From Reclinomonas americana ATCC 50394 (Eukaryota): a DNA stretch of 64,000 bases. Positions 43,112 through 56,569 of this stretch are shown piece by piece. The notes under the pieces were generated by a model that saw only the letters and a program-made list of their open reading frames with translations, made no database searches and was not told where the DNA came from. Made by a program: the position numbers and the translations under genes. Each line of letters begins with the position of its first letter. The stretch's first letter is position 1. Where the stretch lies: the NCBI GenBank assembly GCA_048213135.1, contig PS015164.1:1-64000 (forward strand), written 5' to 3'.

Positions 43112-44826
43112 GCGAGTCAGGCAACAGCAATCTGCGAGCTGTTCAACTGGGGAGTGTACGCAACGGCAGCGCAGTGGCGTAGGCCAGCAGGGAGAAGCCG
43201 ACAACTGAGGTGAGGGTGCGGTGCGGATCGGCTGAGCCTTCCTCTTCCACCTTGGCGACCTGGCAAGCGCGGATGATTTGCTGTGCGAAGAGAGTGAGAG
43301 GGTTGTTGTTTGGCGGTGGCGAGGTGGAGGTGGTGGGTACGCAACGACGCCGCTGTCCCACAGGAGAGCGCACGGGATCGTCACCCACACCATGTTCATG
43401 AGGAAGAGGTAGATCCACAGCTTGATCTGCAGGGGGGAAAGATGAGTGAGTCGAAGCAGGCTTTGTGTTCCTCTTGTGCCACACTTGGTGTGAGGCAAGG
43501 TCATGACTGAATCCTTCAGTCACGCGCCTTCCCCTCCAGCTTGCTTATCTCTTCCTGCTGCCCCGTGCTGCATCGCTGAACCTGAAGCACATACCCGCCA
43601 GCAATGCTTTCTCTTTCTTCTGTGTCTCTTTCGAGTCTGTTTGTCTCTTTCTCTTTCTCTTTCTTTCTCTTCTTCTTATTCTTCTTCTTCTTCTTCTTCT
43701 TTTCTTACTTCCTGTCTCGTACCGTACTATCCGCGTTCGGCCTAGACGTACTCGGACCAGGCTACCGACNNNNNNNNNNNNNNNNNNNNNNNNNNNNNNN
43801 NNNNNNNNNNNNNNNNNNNNNNNNNNNNNNNNNNNNNNNNNNNNNNNNNNNNNNNNNNNNNNNNNNNNNNNNNNNNNNNNNNNNNNNNNNNNNNNNNNNN
43901 NNNNNNNNNNNNNNNNNNNNNNNNNNNNNNNNNNNNNNNNNNNNNNNNNNNNNNNNNNNNNNNNNNNNNNNNNNNNNNNNNNNNNNNNNNNNNNNNNNNN
44001 NNNNNNNNNNNNNNNNNNNNNNNNNNNNNNNNNNNNNNNNNNNNNNNNNNNNNNNNNNNNNNNNNNNNNNNNNNNNNNNNNNNNNNNNNNNNNNNNNNNN
44101 NNNNNNNNNNNNNNNNNNNNNNNNNNNNNNNNNNNNNNNNNNNNNNNNNNNNNNNNNNNNNNNNNNNNNNNNNNNNNNNNNNNNNNNNNNNNNNNNNNNN
44201 NNNNNNNNNNNNNNNNNNNNNNNNNNNNNNNNNNNNNNNNNNNNNNNNNNNNNNNNNNNNNNNNNNNNNNNNNNNNNNNNNNNNNNNNNNNNNNNNNNNN
44301 NNNNNNNNNNNNNNNNNNNNNNNNNNNNNNNNNNNNNNNNNNNNNNNNNNNNNNNNNNNNNNNNNNNNNNNNNNNNNNNNNNNNNNNNNNNNNNNNNNNN
44401 NNNNNNNNNNNNNNNNNNNNNNNNNNNNNNNNNNNNNNNNNNNNNNNNNNNNNNNNNNNNNNNNNNNNNNNNNNNNNNNNNNNNNNNNNNNNNNNNNNNN
44501 NNNNNNNNNNNNNNNNNNNNNNNNNNNNNNNNNNNNNNNNNNNNNNNNNNNNNNNNNNNNNNNNNNNNNNNNNNNNNNNNNNNNNNNNNNNNNNNNNNNN
44601 NNNNNNNNNNNNNNNNNNNNNNNNNNNNNNNNNNNNNNNNNNNNNNNNNNNNNNNNNNNNNNNNNNNNNNNNNNNNNNNNNNNNNNNNNNNNNNNNNNCT
44701 TCTTCGTTCTCTTCTTCTTCTTCTTCTTCTTCTTCTTCTTCTTCTTCTTCTTCTTCTTCTTCTTCTTCTTCTTCTTCTTCTTCTTCTTCTTCTTTCTTCT
44801 TCTTCTTCTTTCTCTCTTCTTCTTCT

Positions 44827-44858
<32 letters not shown>

Positions 44859-45403
44859 TCTCTTCTTATTCTTCTTCTTTATCATACTCTCACTCTTCCA
44901 CTGTCTACCTTCCCCCTTTCTCTCCGCCCTTCCCTCCTCTCTCCTCCTTTTCCCTCCCCTGACTTCCCACCCACCGGATCATCCACCACCAAGTTCGGCG
45001 AGCCAATCAGCCACTCAGGGGCAAAAGTCATCTGCAACCACCTCGTACCATCAGCACCGACACCCTTGCCGAGTCAGACAAAAATCGCAACCACGCAACC
45101 CAGCCGCCGTACAGCTCGCCGACGCACACCAACGTCTGCACAAAGTGACGCCACGGCTTGCGCGCAATGATTCTGCCACGAGATATGCGCACAACACAAA
45201 GAGCAGCGCACGAGCGATCACAACTCACCCGTACAGGCACATCAGTGCACCAGGTCCCTCCAGCAGCACAGTGACACTGCCTCGCACACAGTCAGAACAG
45301 CGAAGAAGAAGAAGAAGGATGAGGAGGAGACGAAGAAGAAGAAGAAGAGATGCATGCAAAGCGAGATGCATAGAGAGAAGGAGAAAAGAAAAAGACAGAG
45401 GAT

Positions 45404-45438
<35 letters not shown>

Positions 45439-46312
45439 ACAAGAAGAAGAAGAACAAGAACAAGAAGGAAAAGAAGGAGAAGAAAGAGGAGAAGAACAAG
45501 ATCAAGAACAAGAACAAGAACAGGAAGAACAAGAACAAGAAGAAGAAGAACAACAACAAGAAGACGAACAAGGTCAGGAAGAACAGGAAGACAAGTGGAA
45601 ATAGAAGAAGAACAAGGAGAAGAAGAAGAGGAGGAAAAGGAGGAGGAGAAGAAGAAGGAGAGAACAACCACAACAACAAGAAGAAAAAGATGCATGCAGA
45701 GCGAGATGCAGAGATCAAGAGGAAGAACAAGAAGAACAAGAAGAAGAACAGGAAGAAGAAGGAGGAGGATGAGCAGCACTACGCAACAGCTCCAGCGACA
45801 GCGTCGTGGGGTCAAACACTCCCCAGCGCTTGTCAGCCTTCCCATACTCGCGCCCTAACCATGCATGGCGCAAACGTGAGAACAACACTCGTTTTCCAGA
45901 GCAGAGAAAAAGCGCAGTTTACAAACGCAACACATCAAGGCAAACGGCGAGTCACTGGTGTTGGCACCACCGTGCGCGAACGACACTGAGAGAGAGAGCA
46001 AAGAGTGTGAGAAAAAACATGCATTTTTCGTGTTATTCCGTGCATGTCAATCTGCATGTGAGAGCGTGTGTCTGTGTGTTGAACAGCACTCTTCTCTCTC
46101 TCTCATACACACACACGCACACACAATCACTCTCTCTTCCCTTTTCCTTTCTCTCTTCTCTCTTCTTCTCTCCTCCCTTTCTACCTCATCTCTCTTTCTC
46201 TCCTCTTCTCCCCACCCCCTCTGTCACTCCCTCCCTCCGTCACTCTCTCCCTCGCTCCTTCTCTCTTCTTCTCACTCACTCACTCCCTCTCTTTTCTCTT
46301 CTCCCTCCCTCA

Positions 46313-46343
<31 letters not shown>

Positions 46344-46359
46344 ACTCACTCCCTTCCCC

Positions 46360-46396
<37 letters not shown>

Positions 46397-46577
46397 NNNN
46401 NNNNNNNNNNNNNNNNNNNNNNNNNNNNNNNNNNNNNNNNNNNNNNNNNNNNNNNNNNNNNNNNNNNNNNNNNNNNNNNNNNNNNNNNNNNNNNNNNNNN
46501 NNNNNNNNNNNNNNNNNNNNNNNNNNNNNNNNNNNCTCTTCTCTCTCTCTACTCCTCCTCCTCTTCTTCTCTCCTCC

Positions 46578-46617
<40 letters not shown>

Positions 46618-46808
46618 ACTCCTCCCTTCCTCTTCCTTCCTCTCTCTCTCTCTCTCTCCCTCTCTTTGCACCCACCATACAAGTACGACGCCTCCACCAC
46701 CAAATGCGTGATGCCATCCAGTGCAAACCACAACACACACAACCACTCATACACAGACAGCTTGCTGCTGCTGCTGTTGTTGCTCTTCTTGGTGGGCGCG
46801 TGACGCAT
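42984..46808 (-). CDS. EBPL: Emopamil-binding protein-like (EXPERA domain)
   Basis: [71 protein letters not shown]. Confidence 0.85.
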
Positions 46809-47196
46809 GTTTTTCGTCGTCAGAGTGAGAAGAAAAAACGAAAATGCAGCTGCGGAAACTTCTCACACGTCGACGTCGCACTCTCTTCCTCTCACATTCC
46901 GTCTTGCATGCACTAGTACTGCTACCAGTGCACTGCTCACCAGTCACACTGTGGCACATCATTTACTACCTCGGAAAAACTGAGTGCATTTTTGTGCATG
47001 TTTCATCGTTCGCCACCCATGCCCGGATGATCTCAAGATAGACTCCTGCTCTCCCCCCATGCTGGACAACAACAAAAAGTGCCACGTGGAATCACCGCAT
47101 GCGCACGTCGCAGTGACCTGCGGCTATTTATACACCGACTCACCCCCACACATCCCATTTATCGCCTCGTTCTTGCGAGAAAACAACAACAACAAC

Positions 47197-48273
47197 ATGG
47201 AGCCTGCTGCTGTTGCGTGTCTCCTCTGCACTGTCTCCTCATAAGCCGCTCATTCCCGTCGCGTGCAGAAGGAAGAAGCCCGCGGTAAGGTATCTCTCTG
47301 TGTCTCTCTGTTCTCTTCTCCCCTCTCTTCACGCTCACTCCACCACAGAACGACGACGTGTACGTGTGCCCAGTGCAAGTCTGTCGCCGATGCGCTGCGT
47401 TCTATGGCACAATCGAGCTGGATTTCCTCTGCTCTCAGTGCGCGCGAGGAGGTTCATATGCTTCTTCCTCTCCCTCTTTCGCGCGCGCTATCTGCTCTCT
47501 CACACACACACGCGTGTACATGTAGAGGAACCGCAGTCACCGCGCACTCGTGCTCAGAGCTGGCTCGATGAGGCCGTGGCCAGTGGCGAAATGGTGCCGT
47601 TTCCGGACGATCTCTGTTGCGTTTCTCTTCTTCCTTCCTCAAGGCAATCAACGACCATTGCTGACTTCTTCGTGTGCAGACGAGCGACTGAAGAGTTCCG
47701 CTGGACTCCGCCTCCTCACTGCTCATTTCCAGCATCACTGACTCGAGAATGCAGGCATTGTGCAGCGACAGCGAGATATCGAGCCGGCGTACCTGTGGCG
47801 ACTGATCAACAACGCGGAGGTGGTATGTGTGCAAGGCCAGGCGTCGCATCAGCGTTTTTTTTCTATGCTGCCAGTCTCACCCCCCCGCCCGTTTGCTCCG
47901 TGCAGGCCTTCCCGCACGAGACGCCGAACCGCCAAGTGTGCTTCATGTTGTCGGCGGCGCAAGCCGACGAGCTGATTGAGGAACTGGGCAAGCGCGGCAT
48001 GAGCGATTACAAGTACGAGCAGTTGCGTTCCTCTCCTGCACTGTCACTCACCCTCCCTCCCCCTTTTGCTCACTTCGCACACACAGTGCCGTGTGCTCCA
48101 ACGTGCTGGATCCGTGGCGTATCCGCTGCAACGTCGGCTCATGTTACCACGGAAACTTTGGTGAGCCGCCGCTCCGCAAGGATGAGTTCCTGCAGGTGCC
48201 GCGTTGGGGACGAGGTGACGACACGGTGATTGGCGAGGTGCGCAGCTTTATCCACAGCGCGCGCAAGCGGTGA
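47197..48273 (+). CDS. A20-type zinc-finger protein with unrecognised C-terminal region (8 exons)
   Basis: A spliced exon encodes VCRRCAAFYGTIELDFLCSQC; the remaining exons splice in frame to the stop at 48273. Confidence 0.65.
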
Positions 48274-48397
48274 AAGAATGAATGGAAAAAAGAGTATCAT
48301 TCACTCATCGTCTCACGCACGATATCTGCCGCACACAAAGAGGGCGAGTGAGCGCCTGATCATCACGTGTGCACGTACACGCGCGACTCACCTCGGA

Positions 48398-49356
48398 CTA
48401 CTCATCATGCGTGAACTGCGTGGGGTCGNNNNNNNNNNNNNNNNNNNNNNNNNNNNNNNNNNNNNNNNNNNNNNNNNNNNNNNNNNNNNNNNNNNNNNNN
48501 NNNNNNNNNNNNNNNNNNNNNNNNNNNNNNNNNNNNNNNNNNNNNNNNNNNNNNNNNNNNNNNNNNNNNNNNNNNNNNNNNNNNNNNNNNNNNNNNNNNN
48601 NNNNNNNNNNNNNNNNNNNNNNNNNNNNNNNNNNNNNNNNNNNNNNAGAAGGGGGGAGAAGGGGGAGAAGGGGGGAGAAGGGGGGAGAAGGGGGAGAAGG
48701 GGGGAGGCAACGAGAGACTGGTGAGGAACGAGGGAGCAAAAGAGTGCAAGCACCGAGGGACTGGAGAGTGGAAAGAATGAGGGTCAGGGGAGTGGCAAAG
48801 AGAGGGACTAGAGCGGCAATGAAGGAGGGAACCAATGAGCGCAAGCAGCGAGAGACTGGGAAATGGAAAGAATGAGAAATGGGTGTTCAAGGAGCAAGGG
48901 CCAGGGCAGATAGACAAAGAAGTGGAATGGGGAAAGGCATCAAGAGAATGGAAGGAGCGGCGCAAAGGAGTGGAACGATCGACTGCAAACGAGAAACAAG
49001 CGCGAGGTAGCGAGAGAGAAAGCAAGGCAGCGGCGGTTGACGCACCGTGGATTAATGGCCAGAGCGCGATCAAAATCGATGCGAGCGAGTCCCTCGTGCC
49101 CCACCTTCATTCGCACCAAACCCCTGCGCAGACACCATGCGTCACGCACAATGCAAGCAAAATGCTCAACGAACAGCAGAGGCGCCAGACCTCTTGTTAA
49201 ATATTTCAGCGTTGTGAGGATCCAGCGATGCTGCTCGATCGTAGTCCTCGAGAGAATCACTGCAACGGACAGAGGGTGAGGGCCAAGAAACGCAAGGAGA
49301 CAAGCGCTATCGTGGATAGACGATACATGACGCCACNNNNNNNNNNNNNNNNNNNN

Positions 49357-49410
<54 letters not shown>

Positions 49411-52400
49411 TTGACGCCAGAGAACAACAAAGAGTGTCACGGTGAAGCAAGCGTGGTCACGACGACCGCCACCACGGCTCCCCGTGTCAGCCAACAGCCA
49501 CCACCACGCAACTGCCACCGTGAGAGCGCATCCAAAATATCCGCGCGCACGACGAACGCATTCGGGTCGCTTGGATCCAGCTCCAACGCTCTCGTCTGCG
49601 CCAAACCAGTCCAGTCAGCCACTCAGCACTTCGCACCCCGCACAAACACTCACTCACTCACCACATCCTCCAGCGCCAGAGTCAGCATGTTGACTGTGAG
49701 TCGCTCGACTGCACGGCCCACCAGCGTGTCGGCGCGATTTGGCTCCAGTTCCAGTGCGAGGCTATAATCGTGAATCTAACAAAAGGTGTGAGACAGCAGC
49801 GACCGCAACAGACACGAACACCCAACGCAACTGCCTCCTCGTGTCGTTGCATGCTCGACAGCACTTTTGCGCGGTTGTACAGCGTGGCGGCGTCGTCGGG
49901 TTTCAGATGCAAGGCGAGATTGTAGTCCTCCAGGGCCTGGCACTCGACGGTTGAGAAACAAGCAGAATGCACGACAAGGGGGATTGAAAGCGCGCAAGGT
50001 CACCTGTGGGAGCGAGCCAAGAAGCTGGCGCAGGTAGCCGCGTCCCGCAAGTGCCTCGGCGTAATGCGGTTGCAGTTGAATTGCTCGGTCGCTGTTCGCC
50101 AACGAATGAGAACAACAGAAGCAGCAACGATGGCCAATGACAGCTGCACTCACTAGTCCGCCAACGCCTCCAGCCGCTTGCCCAGTTGCAGATTCGCGCC
50201 GGCACGATTGTGGTAGCCGACCGCATGCGTTGGATTCAAGTACAGCGCCACATTGTAGTCCTCGATTGCCGCGTCGTGGTTGCCGAGTGCCTGTCGGGCG
50301 AACCCTCGATGCTGCACGTCACACACGATCAGTATAACAGATCTTCCACCGTCAAGCCGGGATCAGGGCTCTCTAACTTCGATCCCGAGCACAAGGATCG
50401 GCCACTATCTATTCCACTCCGCTGATCACGACACCAAGCAAAAATCACAGTCTTCTCTCTCCTTCTTCCTGAAGAACGGAGGGCACAACAATTCCATCTC
50501 TCGCTCTTCTTCCTGACTCGCACACAGCTTGATTTCCCCGATCGTAACAGCAACCAAAGACCACAGTCTCTTCCCGCTAGAAGGAGCGCACAACAATTCT
50601 CTCCCCCCGACGCTCTCTCTCTCTCTCTCTCACTCACTCACTCACTCACTCTCTCAACCACGTTACCATTTCCCCGACAAAACACTAAGCAAGATCACAG
50701 TCCTCTGTCTCTCCAAGTTCCCCTTTGCCCCCACTCCCTCCCCCTTTCCTCCCCCTTCCTCACCAAGTGCGCTTGCACATCATCGGGATTCAGTTCGAGG
50801 GCCCTACGGACCGCGTCAAAAAATCGATACCCCTCACAGACCGGACCCAACAACACTCAACGGCACCTCTCAAAATCCGACAGCGACCGGTCAAAGAACC
50901 GTAGCCTCGTGTGCAGCATGCCACGCAGCGTATGCGCCGCCGCGTCAAACGGATTCCATTCAATGGCCTGATCGGTGGACCGGAGGGCCTCCCAGAAATC
51001 CTGCAGTCCAAACAGCGCCACCGCCCTCGCCATCAGCGCCGCCGCACGCTGCACATACAGTGAAGACAGCACCCCGTCAGCTGCTGCAACGCACGGGCAT
51101 ACACACGCTCTTCTCCCTTCTATGCTGGCGCAACTGCATTGGCCTCGACATCGTTCATCGGCTCACGCGGTGCCAGTTCCACCGCCTGATTCGCATCGCG
51201 GACGCCCTGCATGTAGTCGCCCCGATCATTATAGGCCCGCGCTCGCAGTACCAGGCTCTCCACTAGGCGCCCCCCCCCTCAGAGTGAGTCACGAGAGTGA
51301 GAGGGAAAAGGAACGGAAAAGCGGCACCTCTCTGCGCATTGTTGGTGGTGATCGCCAACGCCTCGGTCGCCAGCGAACAGGCCCGCACCAGATCGCCCTC
51401 CCGCAGCGCCCGATCGCCATCCGCAATGAGCTGCTCGGCTCGGATCTCCGGGTTCTGCAGTGTCACAAAGCGCGACTTTTCTAGCGACCCTATATACCAA
51501 ACAAAGGGCGTTCAGTCACCTATGACAGAGATCAGAGACTTCAAGGCAAGCACATGCCTCGTGGAGACGACGATGAGCGCGGGGAACTGCTGCTGCGCGC
51601 AGGCACCGAGGGTGGTGCAGGCAGGCGCAGACGGACTCCGCTAGCGGTGATCACTTCGTAGGTGCGACGGCGACTGATGGGAGGGAGAGAGGAGAAGGGT
51701 GAGAGAGCGATATGAGAGAGGAGGAAGAGAGAGAGGAGAACGAGAGAGGTGAGCGCGAGGGAACATGGGGAGAGAGAGGAGTGGAGAACGAGAGAGAGGG
51801 AGAGAGAGAGAGAAAAAGAGGAGTGGGAGGGAGCAGGGTGAGAGAGAGAGCAGGGAGAGAAGAGCAGGGAGAGAAGGAGAGAGAGGAGAGGAGAAGAGCA
51901 GGGAGAGAAGGAGAGAGAAGGAGAGAGAGAGGGAGAGAGAGGGTGAGAGAGAGAAAGAGGAGTGGGAGGGAGAAGGGTGAGAAGGAGAGGAGAGGGGAGA
52001 AGAGCACGAGAACGAGAGGAGCAGAAGGAAGAGAGGAACATGACAAAAGGTCTTCTCAGCATGATAGCAGGTCTCGCACACACACACACACACACTTCAC
52101 TCTTTTCTCTCTCTCACACACACACTTCTCTCTTCACTCTCTCTCTCTCTCTCACACTCACCTTGACAATCCACTGACGACATGCTGTTGCTGCTGCTGC
52201 TCATGCTGGTCTTGCTGCTGCTGCTGCTGTCGCCTCCGACTGCTGCGAGAGCGGCGACGCGGAGATGCCGAGGTCTCCTCTCTCTGNNNNNNNNNNNNNN
52301 NNNNNNNNNNNNNNNNNNNNNNNNNNNNNNNNNNNNNNNNNNNNNNNNNNNNNNNNNNNNNNNNNNNNNNNNNNNNNNNNNNNNNNNNNNNNNNNNNNNN

Positions 52401-52492
52401 NNNNNNNNNNNNNNNNNCTGTTGCATGTGTGCCTCTGCAGCAGGCGCAGGATGATGATCGTCTGCGCTGCTGTTGCTCTGCGTGCAACCCAT
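48398..52492 (-). CDS. TPR-repeat protein with N-terminal MGC myristoylation/palmitoylation motif
   Basis: Many TPR exons (ALEDYNLALHLKPDDAATLYNRA, DRAIQLQPHYAEALAGRG, DYDRAASLDPHNAEIFNKRG); starts MGCTQS; last exon tentative. Confidence 0.8.
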
Positions 52493-52659
52493 GGTCGCTT
52501 CCTCCTTCCTCCTCCACTCACACACAGACTGCACACAACGAAGGCGCCTGTGAAGGACGGAGGGGCGATTTCCACTCATCAGGGACCTGCAATCAATGGA
52601 CCGCCAACAGCTCCATTGGCGGGATCGACATTGGACGACAGATGGTCTTCAGCTGCCAA

Positions 52660-52752
52660 ACAACAATTCATTCACCAACAAACAAGCAACAGCTGTCTTG
52701 ATGACCAGGTCCAACCATATCCAAAACACACCAACGCAAACACCAATCTTAA
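52660..52752 (-). repeat. Dispersed repeat, partial copy C
   Basis: aagcaacagctgtcttgatgacc...ccaaccatatccaaaa shared with 56571-56614; acaccaatctt shared with copies A and B. Confidence 0.75.
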
Positions 52753-53008
52753 GCTTGAGCTCCACGCGTATAGGGGCAACTCAGAATCTGCGAAGTGAAA
52801 GTCGCGTATGTTCCTTTCCGTATTCAAACAGCAGCACAACCATCTTCTAGAGTGAGCACCAGAAAGACATTCGCTGAAACAGGAAGAGAAATCTGCAGTC
52901 GAAATCGACCTCCTCCCTCCCTCCCTCCCCCTCTCTCACCCCCTCTCTCGTTCCCCACACTGATCACCTCGAATTCTGGTGCCATTTTCTCCTTCATTCA
53001 CGCACCAA

Positions 53009-56000
53009 TCACAGCTCGCGAGTGAAGCCTCCCAGTTTCTCGCGCACTTCGCGCATCATTTCTCGGGCGTCGATTGAGGTGGGGCGTGATTCGTCGTACA
53101 GTGACATGCACCTGTGGGTGGCGGTTGGTCAAAGGCTCCATCTCCCTCGTACATCCACCGTTGGTGCTCTCCGCAAATCGCTCACTCTACTGCGCTTCCC
53201 TTGATGTGCTGCGCCAGATGCAAGGCGTGCGCCTCTCCTCTCGTTCTCTCTCCCCTCCATCTCCTCTCCGTCCCTCTCCTCCCATCAACTTCACGCAACT
53301 GCACCCCCAAATGCAACATTCCCCGCGCCACATCCTCCGGCCACTCGCCAGCATCCCGGTCGACCTCGGCCAGTGCATCCACGGTGGACGGGTTGCGCTC
53401 CCATCGCGGCGCCTGGGTCACGAGCACGCGCGCCTCTCGTCCAGTCAACAACTGCAACAGAATCAAGCCGAACGCGTGCATATCCATCGACTTGCGGATC
53501 TCGCCAGAGCGCAGGAACAGCGGGTCGACGTAGTGCGGCGAACCAGAGTGCGTGCCAGTGTATCGGTGAGTCTGTCGCGATCGAGGGAGAAGGAGAAAAC
53601 AAAAAACAAGTTGAGCTTTGCATAGTTGGTCGTCGACGAGTCGTCACCCACGCCGCACCTCCCCCTTGTCAAACATGCGCGCAATGCCAAAATCGGCTAG
53701 TCGCGGTTCACAGCGCCGATCAAGCAGGATATTTGACGGCTTGAGATCGCGGTGCACCACCTCGGTCTGTGCCACCCGGTGGTTGCATGAGCAACAACAA
53801 CAGCCGCCGAGCGGGCAGTCGGACGCACACATACCTCGTGCAAGAAACAGACACCCTCGGCCACGCCGAGTCCGATTTGCACGCGCTCCATCACCGTGAG
53901 TGGCACCATGTCGGCTTTCCGTTTCAACAGCCGCACCTCCAGGTCGTGCCCACTGCAGCAGGAAATAAATGAGAAACAAAGTCCGGCAGGCGTGCAGGGT
54001 ACACAAGAGCGCGCACCGCATGGCCTGATACACAAGACACCGCTCACGAATCTCGTCCTCTGCCAGTGCGGCGTAACCCAGCAACGGCACGAGACGACGG
54101 TGACGCAGCCGGCCAAGTGTGATGAGCTGCACAACGGTGGTCAGGAAGTTTCCTCTTATTCCACGCTTCTCCTCTCCATCTTTTTCCTTCTCATTCCCGT
54201 GCTGTCATCGCCTGCTCTCCCTTTCACCTCCTCTCCCCTCTCCTCCTCACCTCCACTTTTCTCTCTTCTGGCATTACTCTCCGCTGCTCTCTTCTCTCTC
54301 TTTCCTCTCATTTTCCTCCGCTTTCTCTCTGCCTCCCCTCCATTCCTTTCCTCTCTTCTCATCCCCACGAATCTTCATCTCATCTCTGTCCCCCTTTCTC
54401 TCCTCCACTTTTCTCTCTTCCGCATTACTCTTCATTGCCCTCCTCCGTCCTTTCCTCTCATTTCCCTCCGCTTTCTCTTTGCCTCCCCTCCATACCTTTC
54501 CTCCTTCTCATTAATCTTAATCTCCTCTCCTCTCCCTCTCCTTGTGTGGCCTTTCATCTCCTGCTCTAACCTCCTCTCCATCGTTGCTACCCGCCTTCTC
54601 CTTTCCCCTCCCCTCACCTCTCCTTTCCCCTTCCCCCCTCTCTCTCTCTTTCGTTCCCCAGACCTCTCTCCCTTTGCCTTCCCTTCTCCCTCCACTCACC
54701 CCTATCCTCCTTCAATTTCTTCTCCTCTCACATCCTCTTTTCCTTTCCATCTCCCTCTCATTTCTCTTCTGCTCCCTCTCTCCCTCCCTTTCTCCCTTCC
54801 CTTTCCCTCACCTCTCCCTTCCCCTTCCCCTCCCTCTCTTCCTTCCCTTTCCCCACCTCTCCCTTCCCCTTCCTTCCCCTCGCCTCTCCCTCTCCCTCCC
54901 CCTTCCCTTCCCCTTCCCCTTCCCCCTCTCCCTCTCCCCTTCCCTCTCCCTTCCCCTTTACACACCTCGGCCTCATACGACTCACTGGCCCACGGCACCT
55001 TGACATCGAGTCGCTTGATCGCCACATCCTCTCCGTCCAGCACCGTCAGGTACACCTCACCCTGCCCGCCCTCGCCGGCCTTGTAGCGGGCCGAGAACGC
55101 CTCGGTGGCACGCACGATATCGGCCCAGTCGTACTTGCGCAGACAAATGCCGCCAAAGCCTGCACACACACAGTGAAGAGCGTCAACCCTTGCTGAACAC
55201 AAAGCCACTCCCCCCCTCATCACGCGACTGCAGGTCGTGGCAAGCTGCACGCGCAAACGGGCGACTTCGCGAGAGAGCTCCTCACACTGCTGCTGCAGCG
55301 TGTGCGTCTGTTCGGCCGCCGCAGTTGCCGCCTGACGTGCATTCTCCTGCGCCGCCGCCAACTCGCGTCGCAGCTCGACCGCCTCCAGTGCACTATGCTG
55401 CGCCAGTGCACTCGCGACACGCTGCTCCTCGGCTGCACGCTCGCGCTCCTCCACTGCCGCCGTCAGCTCGCGTCGCAGCTCTGCAATAGTTTGATCTCTT
55501 TCCGCCAGCTGCCGCGCCATGGCTGCCACCTCTGCCGCCTGAGCAATCACATACACACACAAAATGAGGAGGGATGACTTTTGATTCCGCTACAAAAACG
55601 ACGTACTCCTGCAGCCTCCGCCGCTCGTGGTGCCGCCAGCTGCCGCAGCTTCTGCCTGGCACGCTCCAGCTCCTGCACCGTCTCCTGCGTGTGCATATGA
55701 TCTCGCGATGTGCACCGCTCTCGCAGCGTCACCGTCTCTGACAACAGCTGCACCGCCTCGGCCACCTCATCGACCGTGTTACCGTGCGCCAGCGCCACGC
55801 CCAGTGCATGCGCCGAGTGGAGTCGCGTGCGACTGCGCGCGCCCCACGCTGCAGTGCGCTCACGCAGCGCAATGCGTCCCACTCGCACCGCCTCCTCGTG
55901 CATGCCACTCAGCGTCAAGGCGCGCGCCAGCACCGTCTGCACATGCGTAATGGGCCACGAACGGCGGTCGAGCACTGCGCTTGCACGCTCGAGCACCTCT

Positions 56001-56365
56001 TGCAGCTGCACGACGGCCTCTTCGTGACGGCCGACACCGCACAGTGCGTCGCCGAGCAGCGCCACTGCATTGACACTGTGCTCATCGTTCTCTCCGAGTA
56101 CCGCATTCATCGACGGTAACAGTTCCTCCAGCAGGCGCACTGCTCGCTGCCACTCGCGCAAGTCTAACACAGCGTCGGCATGACATGCGCACATGCGCAG
56201 GTACTCGGCGTCGCGACTGCCGAACCCAGCAACGAGCAGAGCGCAAATGTCACTATAGGCGCGCTCCGAGGTCACGTCGTCACCCCGTCGAATGGCAAGC
56301 TGCGCTTCCGCAGTCAGCTCGTCCACGCGCCGGGCGAGGTTGACGGGGTTGGCGTTGTTCTCCAT
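53009..56365 (-). CDS. TPR-coiled coil-RLK/Pelle (IRAK-like) Ser/Thr kinase fusion
   Basis: In-frame splicing links the TPR exon (56365-55597), coiled coil and kinase: YDWADIVRATEAFS, GEGGQGEVY, VAIK, LRHRRLVPLLGY, HRDLKPSNILLD, DFG, GSPHYVDP, FGLILLQLLTGR, AGEWP. Confidence 0.88.
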
Positions 56366-56569
56366 CTGATGTGCAAGTGTGCGTCGGTGACGGGATTCGT
56401 GACAGGACATTATCATCATGTACACAATTGTTTACAAAATGGTGGTAGCCGAGTCCAACCACAAGCAGCCAGTAGATTTTTTCAAGAAACGGACGTCGAC
56501 CACCGGCTTGACTTTGCTTCCTGGCCTTGGAAGAGAAGATATCGATACACCAATAACTTTACATGCACA

